This document shows positions 1 to 12,567 of a stretch of DNA of 60,000 nt, piece after piece; within the stretch, counting starts at the first letter, position 1, and each line of letters opens with the position of its first letter. The DNA is from Botryllus schlosseri (Eukaryota), in the NCBI GenBank assembly GCA_051294905.1, contig CM119371.1, positions 2,916,001 through 2,976,000 on the forward strand. Direction: 5' to 3'. The notes below the pieces were generated by a model. It saw only the letters and a list, made by a program, of their open reading frames with translations. It did not search any database and was not told the DNA's origin. The position numbers and the translations under genes are program-made.

Positions 1-2584
1 ATTAACATTTACTGGCCCCAATTTACGGGGACCGAAAGCTTTCATCATCAAATATCCATTGCTCACCTCAGATAGGCTACCATTGCTTCATATTTTTCAG
101 CCCTTTGCTGTTTGTATGTTATACTTGTTTTCTCATGAGCAGAAATCGATAATTTCATTCTTCAAGAGCCCCAAATTTGCGATCTATGCCCATGCAAGTC
201 TGAAGTAGAATAGATAATATGTTTACCTTCCTACCATAACATAACATAATATATAATGTGTCTATAGCTCAGTGATGATGACAGGGTGATAGGCCTATAA
301 ACATAGCTCTGCATAGTCAGTGGTACGCTACCCTCTACACTTAAACAGGTCGTGATGTGCTTTGGTAATCAATACAACGACAATCGAGTCGATTTTTTTT
401 CAATGCACTTACAAACGATGTCGCTCAAACCCAAATTACCGTAGTTTATAATCATAGCTAATGCTGGACCTGTCAACAGTATCTCCATTAGAGCCATTGA
501 GCTACTGTGTCTTGGAGATTGGTATCGGTACTGGTGATACAACAATTTATGTGAATTCAATGTATCGTCACTACCGGTACGTTTAAAATTCCAACTTGCT
601 ACATATAATTCTGTTCAGTACAGCTGCGACACTGAGTAACAGGAATCGGATCTGTACTGGAAACGCCACGGAACAAATGTTCTTTACTACAATAGTACCG
701 ATACGAAATGTAACTCACCATCCAGATATTTTCAATCTCGAAAGAGGCTTTCTTCACAGATTCACGACAACTAATACGGTCAGTCGATAGCCAGTCTGGT
801 CTCTTAAGCGCGGAAATACGGCATATAACGAAACATTTTACATAGCTGTAGCGAAACATAGCAGCAGCTGTTCTGGTGACGACGGTTTGTATGTTCCATT
901 ATGATGTCACAATTGACTAACTGATGCAATAACTATATTGAAGTTAAGGATCTCCGGAATATTTGTATGTATACTATAATTGATTTATCAGAAATGTGGA
1001 TTTGATAGCTGTGAAGCTGCAGATTACATCATAATAAGCTTAAAAAAGTCTTGCAGTACTAGATTCATCTTCATAGATCGAACCATTGATACGATCCGAA
1101 AGCTGTATGCGAATTGTCGTTGTCGGTTAGGCTTAGTGTGCAATTCATAAAGCTACCAAATAGTGAATAACACAACAATATAGATATGAAAATAACCAGG
1201 AAACTACGCCCTAATTTAGTCCCTCTTTCGCCCACTTCAATGATTGTTCCGTGACGTAACCTCGTGTCCCATTTTAATTTGAATTCTTGCTACGCCCATA
1301 TTGCGTACTGCTCACGTAAGTTTGTGGCTAAAATCTGACTCCTTCTAGTATTCCCAGCTTTAAATACCCGTAACCTGCATTATACTGTAGTTATACACTA
1401 ATGCCGTGCGGCACAGGCCCGATATATTTTGTACATAGATATAGCCTACGTACATTCGTACAACTGTGCATTTGACGTTGGCATGAAAGAAATTATAAAC
1501 CAATATCGTGGCAACTTCATAATGTGTCGTATTTTTGCCACACACTTGAGATACATCGGTCACACTATAGTAGCCAGGGTGAAATTTCAGCCAAAGTACG
1601 GGTACCGCAGTGCACGATAAATGTAAATTACAATATGATATTATGGACATGGCTATTATTCATTCATGTCGATGTAGCACACCACGAACTAATACAACGA
1701 ATGCTTATTTGTCACTGAAGCTAAAGCTATATGCGTAGGCGAATTTACTTGATCGAACCGGGTTAAATCCATAAAAACTGAACAATGCAACATTGCCTAA
1801 GCCAACCCAAGAAGCCTTAAAGACACGGACAACAATAGAGTGGGCGAAAACACGCATTTTCGGTTGATAATCAAAACCCAAAGAGAATATGTCCTACACT
1901 ACCTACAATTAGACACAATAGGCTTAAGCAGGCTTCTGACCGACACAGACTTAAAACTTAAACAGTTTTGTGGAAGCTTGAGGAAGCGGTTAGCGCGGAT
2001 TGAATCCCAAACTTCATATTTGTCTGACAAAAGGTGTGATCTCTAACAATTCACCCCAAATGCCAATGCTTCGGGTGTATATTTTATGGTATGTGTGTAT
2101 AGGGGTGTGTTTGACTTATTTCCACCAATAGCTTAGGTGTAAATGACAAATTTAGTACCCAATGAGTGTGATTACTCAAAACACACCCTAGGCTAGGGTG
2201 TGAATTGCGAAAACACACCATTTTCGTTTACAGTGTGGTCTGATATGATATGAACTGGACTTTATTCCATGCCCAAGTTTTTGCAAATTGAGTAATTCTA
2301 ATTACAATCTAATTTGGTAAAACTGTGTAACTATGTAACTTGAAGTCTGGTCTAATTTGAAGAAAAAAACGGTCCAGTTATAATTCGAATTCTAGTCTAA
2401 TTTGGAGAAGAAAAAAAATGTGCAGCTATAACTCTAATTCTAATTTAATTTCGAAAACCTGAAAATCATGTAGTTGTCCACGTCTGACTTATAAAACCCC
2501 CGGGGTAATCGTATGAGCCCCGGTTAGTAGGCACCGCTCCAAGGTAAAATACAAAGCATGCTAACAGTTGTGATTCCGACACAC

Positions 2585-5500
2585 CTTCTACTTTTTACCG
2601 TTCACACTTCTAGGAAGATTGTCAAAATAAAGTCAAGTCGCAGAGAGACATTAGGATTTTTTCTGTTTGGCCCGTTTGGCATTGTTGATCTTTTCACGTT
2701 TCTTCCATTCTATTGCGTTTAGACCTTTCGCGGCTCGCGTTCCTACACAAAAAAACCACAGCCGGTCAGTGTAGTCAGCATTGCAATTTACTACAAGTGT
2801 TAATCGGATGTGGCTACTTTCGATGTAGATTCTCGATTAGAGCATATTGATTCACACAATACACAGGATGAATCTTGGAAACCATTTTCAACTATAACGA
2901 CACAGGGGACTGTAATTCAGTAAAATAAGTGTTGTCACTTAACTCAAAACTACTCTGTAGTTTTCAAAATCAAAATGCAATAGTAAGTGACGTAGTTTGG
3001 TCGTGAAGTAGAAATGGAAGTAGTCATAACATAACCAATTTAATTAGTTACCGGTATACTAAGCAAAACATACTAAAAAGTTTTAGGAATCAAAATGGAG
3101 TCAAATGCCATCCAAGCGGAAGCAGTAATCTTCACAGCAAACAAAAACTTCAGGTTGAGTGAAGATGAGCTTTCAAAGTTGGTATGTAATAGTTGCAAAA
3201 ATTAGCTAAAATAGTTGAGAATCACTGGGTGATACGAACTCAAACGGGAACTGTACCGCTCGGATACTATGATGATTAATTATGATGAAAATGTACGAGA
3301 ATGGGTCTTTGATAAAATGTGTTACATGATGCCATGACATAGACTGCAGGTCTGTCAGATATAATACAATTTTATACATCGATACGCTAGTGCAGTGCTT
3401 TCAAACCTTTCTGAACACCATCAGCACTTTTTCTGCAAGATAAATTTCATGGCAACAAACTGAACGAAAATTGTTATACAAAAAGAAAATGTAGATACTT
3501 AACAAGATTTTGTTTATATGTGCAAGTAGGTGACTGGTTCAATCTATTAAATGTCTCATTAAAAAGACCACTCTATCCCGTAGTTTTGATTTCAACTATA
3601 GTGCATTAAACCCTTTTCGGCGAAATAAGTGTTCGGTTTTGTACAAGAACTTCTAGTGCTTGGATATCCAGGTGTTTATAAGAACCATCCCGCACTCCTA
3701 TCCAGAATACAGCGTCTTTTCCTTGTGCAAAAAAAAAGGTGTCCGACAAAGGTCTCACAACCTCCAGTTCGTCGAATGGCTGCAAAACCCGCATGTCTGT
3801 TTCAATGAATCATATGACTTTGCCAGTAAGCACCAAAACTAACATGAAGAATAACCACATATGAGCTGGAGACCTTGCGATACGCTGATAAACAGTGACC
3901 TTGGATATATAGAAACAATCTGCAAGAAATTCCACAAATTTTACCTGCATATTATCAGACCACTTAGGTGGCGTGGAGACTCAAAATTATACCATTTGCA
4001 ACCCATACTTTGAGGAGCCGTGACCCGGACGGAATTTGCTTTACAGAAACTTGCAAGTGTGAGTCTGTGACGATGGTATATTACTATCTTCGTGCCTCGT
4101 GCTAATCGAACCATTTTTACGAAAATATGATGATTTTCCAGAGAAATAAAGCAGAAAGTCATTTTTAAGTCAATAATCCCGCGTCTCACAAGCTCAGACT
4201 CAGCTGATGTACTGTAGCCTATACATGCCACTACACCCGGTTTTGTACCAGACTTTTTAGTAGGTAATAAATACAGCGCACAAATAGTAATTCACTACAG
4301 CTAGCGCGAGACAAAGTTATTGTAAAAGATACGAATAGGTCAAACACGTTCATGCATTTACGCTTCAACGACCAAGGTTATGGAGCCACTACACTCGAAT
4401 TTCCTATCAGGTTTATTTGAATTATTCCACGCCAAAACAAGTACGGTGACAATTATTCACTATTTTCATCCGCATTCATCTGCACCACGTCTCTCATCCA
4501 CACTGCAAATTTTTCCATCCACACAAATGCGTACCATCCAACGCTAGTTCATTTAATGGAGAACATCAAACTTTTGAATCGATTTATAAATTCGTTATGT
4601 CTATATCTATCTACGTCTTGTCATATCAGAGTTCATGCCCTACTTTGGTCTTGGCATACATCACAATTCACAATAATGTAATTGCCTGACCAAACTTTTT
4701 AAAAGTAAACTACCTTTCAACTACTTGAATAATATTTATATGTGATTGTGTAACCGAAGAAGACTTGTAAACCAAATTCATTACATATTGACTCTACCTT
4801 TTGGAGAGATCTGTCAGTATAATGGAGTCTGGAGTCTAGCCCACACCAAAGTTGCTGCCTTTTGAAAAGAAATCCAAGAATCTGAATCAAGTTAGTGCTT
4901 TTTAATAGAGCCACATACAACGAGTGTGATATCAAAAAGGCACTAGCAAAGCAACTGTCTAATTAAAACGAGCCTCTGATATTTGCTATCAAGTTGCACA
5001 CTTGCCTTAAATATGTTTTAGGTTAATTTTGATTTTTGATGACTGGTCTAGAGTAGGGCAGAACCACAATACTGAAAAGCTTGTGTTGGATATTGGCCTC
5101 ATGTACCCGGTCGAACGAGACATTACCTACCGCGATACGAATTCCTCTTGTTCTAAATTTCATGATTTCGGTTCTTCTGTTGACTGGGAATCCTTTTCAT
5201 ATCAGTACTGCTCACTGCTTGATACGCTTGAATCTCTTTCGCGTTCAGGATCTTGCCTGAAATGGCAGCCATAGATTTATTGACAGACATACTTACGAAC
5301 TACCATTCTAGTTAGTTGGTGATCATTATTCAGTTAGCTCTAGTTGCAGATTTTGAAAAGCGAGTAGTTCTAGTTCTAGCTCATGTTGCGGATTTCATAA
5401 GGTTAGTAGTGATAGCAGGGTTCTAATGACTCGACTCGAGTCACGATTTTTGGTGAACCGACTGGACTCGAGTATTTTCTACAAATGCATAAAATGACTC

Positions 5501-8500
5501 AAATCGACTCGAGTTATTTTGTGCATTGACTCAACTTGTACCCGATTCATTATACATGACTCGAACCAAGTCATGTGACTCGAGACTAGGACGGCCAAGA
5601 CAGACATTTCATTGTAACTTTACAAAATAGTTATGTTCTCATATTATTGGTATTTCGGCTATCGGTACTGATACTTGTAAAATAGGGTCAGGAACTGTTA
5701 GAATTGAGAAAAATTACGATGTTATGAATGCGGGCAATTCTATATCACTAGAGCACAGTTGAAAAAGTGGGTTGAATCTGATTGAGATCAAAACTTAACA
5801 GTGAACACAATGACATGGACTCGGACTTGACTCGATGTTGTTTTGAAAATGACTCGACTTGACTCGTGTCAAAACTATAAAAGTGAAATTGACTTGTGAC
5901 TCGGATTCTTGTGACTTGGTCACAACCCTGAGTTCTAGTTGGACAATTATAAAATAAACAACTTGAAAACACACGTCTTCTTATGAAGTAAATCATGATT
6001 CCGGTGATCTGTCGCGATAGGTTCTTGGGGCCATCACTACTGATATTGGCATAGCCTGGGTTTGACGGTCGAAACCCGTTCCTATTGAAATGCAGTTTCT
6101 ATCTCATTTGCAATGCAAATTTTGTATTATAATCACAGTTAGATGTTTTATTTAGATAGTATGGGATTTAAAAAGGCCGTTAAATCTACATGTACTTGTA
6201 GTTGCGAGTCGTGCGATAGCCGCAATAGTGAATTAAAACTAAACACGGACACATCTACTTACATTTTCGTCTCAATTCAGCACGTCGACACAGTTTGTCG
6301 CTTCTTCCGAGGTCTTGAATTTGACGAGAGCACCATCTCTTGGTAATTTTTCTCCGATTCATCTGCCGAAATAACCGTCTCTTGTCGATTCGGTCCATAT
6401 TTCGCAAAATTCGTGGTCTTTTGGGGTATTTTAGTCTAAAAAAGGGACAAATTGCAAAAAACGTGGAATTTAGGGCTAAGGGAGAAGAGTTCTTGAAAAA
6501 GGAGGACAAATCCTCCTAAATGTGGACGCCGTCACGATTTATCATCACTAACCTTTCTCGCGTCCTTCGCCATAACAACTTTAGGTCGCCAAGGAGATTT
6601 TTCTACAACAACAGGGGTGGACAATTCTTTTCCTCCGCGGGCGGAAGGACAAAAATAAATACGTTGGTGGGCCGGGTGGAATTTTTTGCTATACACTCCA
6701 GCGTATTTTAATTTTAATTCTAACTGACATTCTTGATAAATGCTGCTCAGTGAATGTGTTGATATTAGGTCACGAGAAAGTGAAAATATCTGTTTGCTGT
6801 CATGATTCAAAACAATGTTAAACATGATGCATTTTTGCTCTCTTAAAACCCATATCCATGCTCTTCTATTATAACTCTAAAACAGTGGTTCTCAAACTTT
6901 TTTAGGCACGCCTCCTTTTATGATAGTGAACAATTTCGCGTAAAGCTTTATTTTCTTGGTCGCTGCTGACTACTTTGACCACCTCTGCATACCGTCCACT
7001 TTTCCACTTATTGTGACGTCAGGGTCAAAATATGAGTGCGTCACACATATATTCATCACCATGTTAATTATGAAAGCACACAACAATCTTCACCACCCAA
7101 GAAACGCGTACTGCAGTTTTATACGAACTACCAATCTAGTTAGTTGACAGTGAACCAACTACTGGTTTTTTTGAGTAGTTGTAGTTGTAAGTTTTGTAAA
7201 CTGAGCAGTGCTAGTTCTAGTTTCAAGTTTTGAATATCCAGTGGTTCGCACATGACTGGTGGACTACTGACTAGCAATACAATGAGACATGTAACATAAA
7301 TAGCTCTACCTTGGCATAGAAAATCCGAGAAAGCCTTGGCCAAACCGTCTTCCAAAACATCGAGACCGAATTTGAACAAATACAGTCCGTACTTTGCGAC
7401 CATCGTGAGACGTCTTGGAAGCATGTTTTTTCTTGGACTCGACATCTGAAAGCAAGCAAGCACTAAAACCAAGCACACATAGCATGCGCTTGATATTGCG
7501 TTTACTGGCCTCTCACGGGTGTATCTATTTAGCCAATATCGCCAAGTCTACTAATTCTGTAGCAATAATGCCGGCAACTCTACCAACGTGAGGGACACAT
7601 CTCATATTTTCGTTTGTATATTCATATTATGTTGAATTGCACAAAATCAGGGCAATTTCATTCTACCTGTAAGAATTGGTGAAGCAATATATATAGAGAG
7701 AGCAGACAACCAGATGGAGATAGAAGCCGTCATTGATGTAAATCGAGTAGAATAATGTAACGGTTTTTGGTGGAGTCGAGACAGTTGCTGACATTGATGC
7801 TACACAAGTAGAATAATAAAATATTTCCCTGGCAGAGTCGAGATGTTATCAAAATTTATGCTTCTCAAGTGTAGTTGACGATATTGACTACATATCTACG
7901 CCCACCTTTTAACGGGTCTCCTAATATACACTGTCACTTTAAAACTAGATTTTGTGGTATCGGATACATGGACTGTAAGACTAACACCATGATCACGAAG
8001 TACAAACAACTAGAAATAACATCACTAAGCCCCTGGAACATAGGAAATGATATTATTAAATGATATTTTCTGGAAAGCCAGGTGTTATTCACTTGATGTG
8101 GGGTTAGATGTTGAGCGAAGCGTTTTCGTTGGGGACAGTGTCGTATTGAAGTTGACACCTTCGTAGACACTCGATTCAGGAGCCGGTTGCCCGGATTTTG
8201 TCAATGCCTTTTCCTTTTTAACGCAAGCCGATTATTAACAAATGCTAGAAAATTTTCAGCTTTCCCAAATTAGATAAACCGACACCTACAGTGTTTTTCC
8301 AAATTATATTACAACTAGAATGACAGCACACTGGTTTTTCAGATTAGATTGAAATTAGAATTAGAATTGTTGAATTCGCAAAAATTTGTAAACTGAATTA
8401 AATTACGGATTAGAAAGAAGTTCAACAACAAAAGTAAGTTCATTTTCGTAAGCACTAAAATAGCGAATTTCTGTACAGCAAGCACGGCACGTCTCGCACT

Positions 8501-8947
8501 ATACAGTTCTCCTATAGAAGTGTTGTTCAACCTTTTTGTTTTCGCGGACCCCTTTTGGACCGTCAGTGACCCCCCGCGGATCCCGTATAGTTTTCGCTCA
8601 AAATGAGTTTTAAAAAAATAGGCCTAGAAACTGTACTTAATCTGTATTCATGAGCATGAACATTAGTAGTGAAGAGAACGAGTACATCATGGTTGTTACT
8701 GGTAGTGACGAGATCAGACAAATATTAGGATTTGAAAACATTGATTTGTCAAATAATGTAATTCATAATTTACTCACTTTGAACCGTATAAGTATGTCTG
8801 TCGGAGTTTGATGCTTGTAAGACTCCAACTGATCGGTTGAGATTGTCATGCAAATTCTTCGCGAAAGAAATTCTGATATTCTGATTCACCGGAAGAACAG
8901 CCTTTGAAATGAGATGCTATGTGTGATGATCTTGCGATTTCAATCCA
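2585..8947 (-). pseudogene. RBM28: Decayed RBM28/Nop4-like gene copy (exon relics)
   Basis: Colinear AG/GT-flanked relics: 8947-8778 (RKIITHSISF, tentatively RRM2), about 7666-7507 (FVQF), 7445-7309 (RTVFV..GLDVLEDGLAKAFSDF), 5256-5107 (LNAKEIQAYQAVS...KRNSYRGR*CLVRPG), 2742-2585 (GTRAAKGLNAIEWKKR...KRAKQK...LYFDNLPRSV). These resemble, from memory, the RBM28 RRM3-RRM4 region (RNLYLAREG.IRAGTKAAEG...RLCLHNLPKAVD). Stops and frameshifts are present. Confidence 0.72.
5416..5930 (+). mobile_element. hAT-type MITE (GACTCGAGTC family), older copy
   Basis: CAGGGTTCTAATGACTCG...CACAACCCTG; degenerate TSD AGTGATAG/AGTTCTAG. Confidence 0.85.
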
Positions 8948-9675
8948 CTGCAATAAAATCAGAAGTGGTTATATAAAGTAGAATCAGTAAACCTATATAT
9001 CTATATATAGCACAGCACCACCTATATTGATCTATTTCTATAGTTTACAGGCAGAAATGGTCAAGTTGTCCTCGGTGTTACTCGGGTAGAAGTAATGTTA
9101 TACATTTCTACTCGAGTTCAATTAGAAGTTGTGATTTACAAGTAAGTAAGTTAAATGGTAAATGCTAGGCTTGCCTAGAAAACTGAAAAAGGTTCAAGTA
9201 TACGTGCAAGTGGTCGAAAATCATAACCACTCGAGTAATTAGTGATAGTATGCAAAACCTATTTGGGGTTTGAGTATGAAAAATTAAAATAGCTTGATAC
9301 TGATCATCAGTGCTGGCAGAGGGGCAGATTCAGTTTTGGTTGTAGTTGCCTGTGCTTGAAGCGAGATGAAATATATTATGAATATCGACTGCTACATCGG
9401 CATGATCAGCGAAGGTGGGAGTCATCAGTTTGATCGGCAGATGATGAAATATCCGATAACGGTCAGGCTCTAGTTCAGTGGTTCTAAACCGAACGTCCGC
9501 GATAGCTACAAATTCGCAGAAAAGGTTCATGGCCTAATTTGTATTTTTTTAATTAGAGAAATCACGCAGCATCTTCACTTCAGAACCGTATTATTGCCAC
9601 GAATTCCCCGATTGTATACTAGGAGTTAGTTTAGTAAGCAGACGTGGTCGATGACAAAGTATTTCTACTTTTCGT

Positions 9676-10219
9676 CAGGGTTGTAACTAAGTCACATGGT
9701 TCCAGGTCAATCTCACTTTTATAGTTCTGACTCAAGTCAAGTCGAGTCATTTTGAATTCACCACCGACTCAAGTCCGAGTCATGTCAGCAAGCAGAGAAT
9801 CGAGTCTGAGTCTTGATATTATGACTCGAGTCAGGGTCCAAGTCATTGCGTCAATTGATCAGTTTTCCGTTACAGTATTGTTTAATTCAATTTTTATAAC
9901 TGTTTAGTGATATCGAATGGTTCGAATTTATAATACACTAATATATTTTCAACTTGTAAAAGTTTTTGGTATTATTTTCAAGTACGGCTACCAATAGATG
10001 AAATACCAATAGTGTGGCTACTTTACTATTTTTCGAAATTACAATGAGATGGCCGCCTTGGCCTACTGCGTCTCGAGTCATATGGCTTGGACTCAAGTCA
10101 TTACACAGATTGACTCGATTCCAGCCATTTCAGTACTTTGAGAAAATGACTCGAGTCAAGCTGAGTCATCAAAAAATCGTGAATCGAGTCGAGCCATGAC
10201 TCGAGTCATTACAACCCTG
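9676..10219 (-). mobile_element. hAT-type MITE (GACTCGAGTC family), reverse orientation
   Basis: CAGGGTTGTAACTAAGTCAC...GAGTCATTACAACCCTG; degenerate TSD CTTTTCGT/ATTTTGGT. Confidence 0.85.
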
Positions 10220-11317
10220 ATTTTGGTAATGCTCAAGTACTGGTAGGCTTGTCTAGTTAAACTATCAACTCAATTCGTTACGATTTTAGACTGCTTCTAC
10301 TTGTTCTTCACAGTTTCATGTAAAACCGGCCTACTTACTTCTCAACCACGATGATTTGTCAAGTGGAAGTAGTTTGGGGATGAGCTTGCGTGATTTTTTG
10401 AGCTACATTGGCATGACACGTGGGCGAAATATCCCTGCATCACAAACATAAAATATATTTCTGAAAATTGCACATAAGCCTAATGTCGCGTCATTTGTCA
10501 TGCTACGTCACTCACGGAGATGCACATGCAATTCCGGAAATATCAAACTTCGATTACTTGCTAAAAGCATGTAACACGCCCAACAAATTGACTTTTTCGG
10601 ACTACTTACTCGTTTACTTTTCAGACCCTTCGTTTCGTACGTACACTTGACGTAGACATTGAAAATCTATTTGAAATCGAGTACAAAGTTACGGCTATCT
10701 TTCACCTCAATTTGAGTTTCTTCATTGACTACTTGGATCACGTAGTAACATACCGTACAGTTTTCCAGTTGCATGTTCAAACTTGCGGACACTTATTTTT
10801 CGCATCAAGTTCAAGGACTGCGTGACGCACATTGCTCACCATGTTAGTCATAACAATAGACATCAGTCTACACCAAAGAAGAAGAGCGTACAATAGATTT
10901 CTACTGCCAATCTAGATTGTTGACGGTATACTAACTGCAGGCTTTTTATAGTAGGCCTAGTTTTAGTTCTAGTTGCAGGGATTAAAAAGTGGGTAGTCCT
11001 GGTTCTAGATTTTTGGTCTAAAAATCCAGTGGCTCACACAAGACTCGCGGACTGCCGACCAGTGATGCAACGAGACACAAGTTACTAAATAAGCTCTACC
11101 TTGGCATCGTAAATCTGACCATGCACCGAAAAAGCCTCGGCCAAAACGTTTTCCAAAAATTGACAGATTTCGAACGAACAATCCAGCCGTCCTTTGTGAA
11201 CATCATTAGACGTCTTGGGATCGCGTTTCGTCTTGGACTTAATAACTTAAAGCAAACAAGAACTAATACCAAGCACACGCAGCATGCGCTCGAAATGCCG
11301 TTTTGCTGATCTTTTAA

Positions 11318-11806
11318 AGGGGCACTGCACTCTAAAAATGATGTGGTCTCAAATTGAAGGGCAAAACGAAAGAAAAATTTTGGCAGCAGCCGTTTTCTTC
11401 AAATCGCCACCGTAATGGAGCTGTAATGAATTGAAATTTCCATAGTTGCAGCACGCTCCAGCAGTCACGCAGAGATTGAACTATATATAGTTGTCAGCCG
11501 ATGTTATGAAGGAAATAGAATACACTAGGCCCGATTTTGACATAAATCTCCTGACTGGACATCTTCCGTTGAACGCGGTATCTAAACCACCTTGGCGTGT
11601 ACGACATATTTCCTTCATAACATCGGCTGACAACTATATAAAGTTCGATCTCTGCGTGACTGCTGGAGCGTGCTGCAACTATGGAAATTTCAATTCATTA
11701 CAGTTCCATTACGGTGGCGTTCTGAAGAAAACGGCTGCTGCCAAAATTTTTCTTTCGTTTTGCCCTTCAATCTGAGACCACATCATTTTTAGAGTGCAGT
11801 GCCCCT
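11318..11806. mobile_element. Kolobok-type non-autonomous foldback element (about 200-bp TIRs, TTAA target duplication)
   Basis: TTAA at 11314-11317 and 11807-11810; termini AGGGGCACTGCACTCTAAAAATG / reverse complement; near-perfect inverted arms 11318-11517 and 11607-11806. TTAA TSD with purine-purine 5' ends is the Kolobok signature, unlike the CC ends of piggyBac. Confidence 0.85.
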
Positions 11807-12111
11807 TTAAGAGTGTAGCTATTTCGCTAATGTCGCCAATTACGGTATACTGCTTGAGTAGCAATATCTCGTGAACTATACTGAAGTGAGAGACATAGCG
11901 CTCATTTTCGTTGGTATATTCCTATAACGTTGAATTGCATAAAATCTCGATGCAGTTTCATGCTATCTTGAACAATGGGTATGATAATTGTGAGCGATAT
12001 ATACAGCAGACAACAAGATGGATAAAAAGAGCTGTTAAAAAATAACTGTATCTTTCAAATTTCACTGGCTACGTGATAACATTATTATGTTGGCTAAAAC
12101 AACGCGGCACA

Positions 12112-12567
12112 CCCAATTTGGCTCAATTCCAACCAGTACAAGCAAGATCCTTGCAGTAGAAAGTTTTGAATTTAACATATAAAAAATAAAATTTCAAATT
12201 ATTTCTGCCGACCCCATAAAATTTTTAGGCTGTCAGTAAAGATGATACACATCAAATTTGGCTCAATTCCAACCAGTACAAGCGAAGTCATTGCGGTAGA
12301 GAAATTTGGGTTTGAATAAAATAGTATTTACGGTCGCTAACTCTGGAATTATTATTTATTATAAAATCATGGAATTAGATATTTTTCTACTGCAATAAGT
12401 TTGCTTCTAGTGGTTGGAATCGAGCCAAATTTGGTGTGTATCATCTCTCTTGACAACTAACAATTTATGGGGAGGACAGAAAAAATTTGAAATTTATTTT
12501 TTATATGTATTCCAAATTTTCTACTGCAAGAATCTCGCTTCAACTGGTTGGAATTGAGTCAAATTTT
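12112..12567. repeat. Imperfect inverted-repeat (foldback) element remnant
   Basis: AATTTGGCTCAATTCCAACCAGT at about 12115 and 12256; reverse complements at about 12410 and 12545; arms otherwise colinear. The motif also occurs near 26740. Confidence 0.7.
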
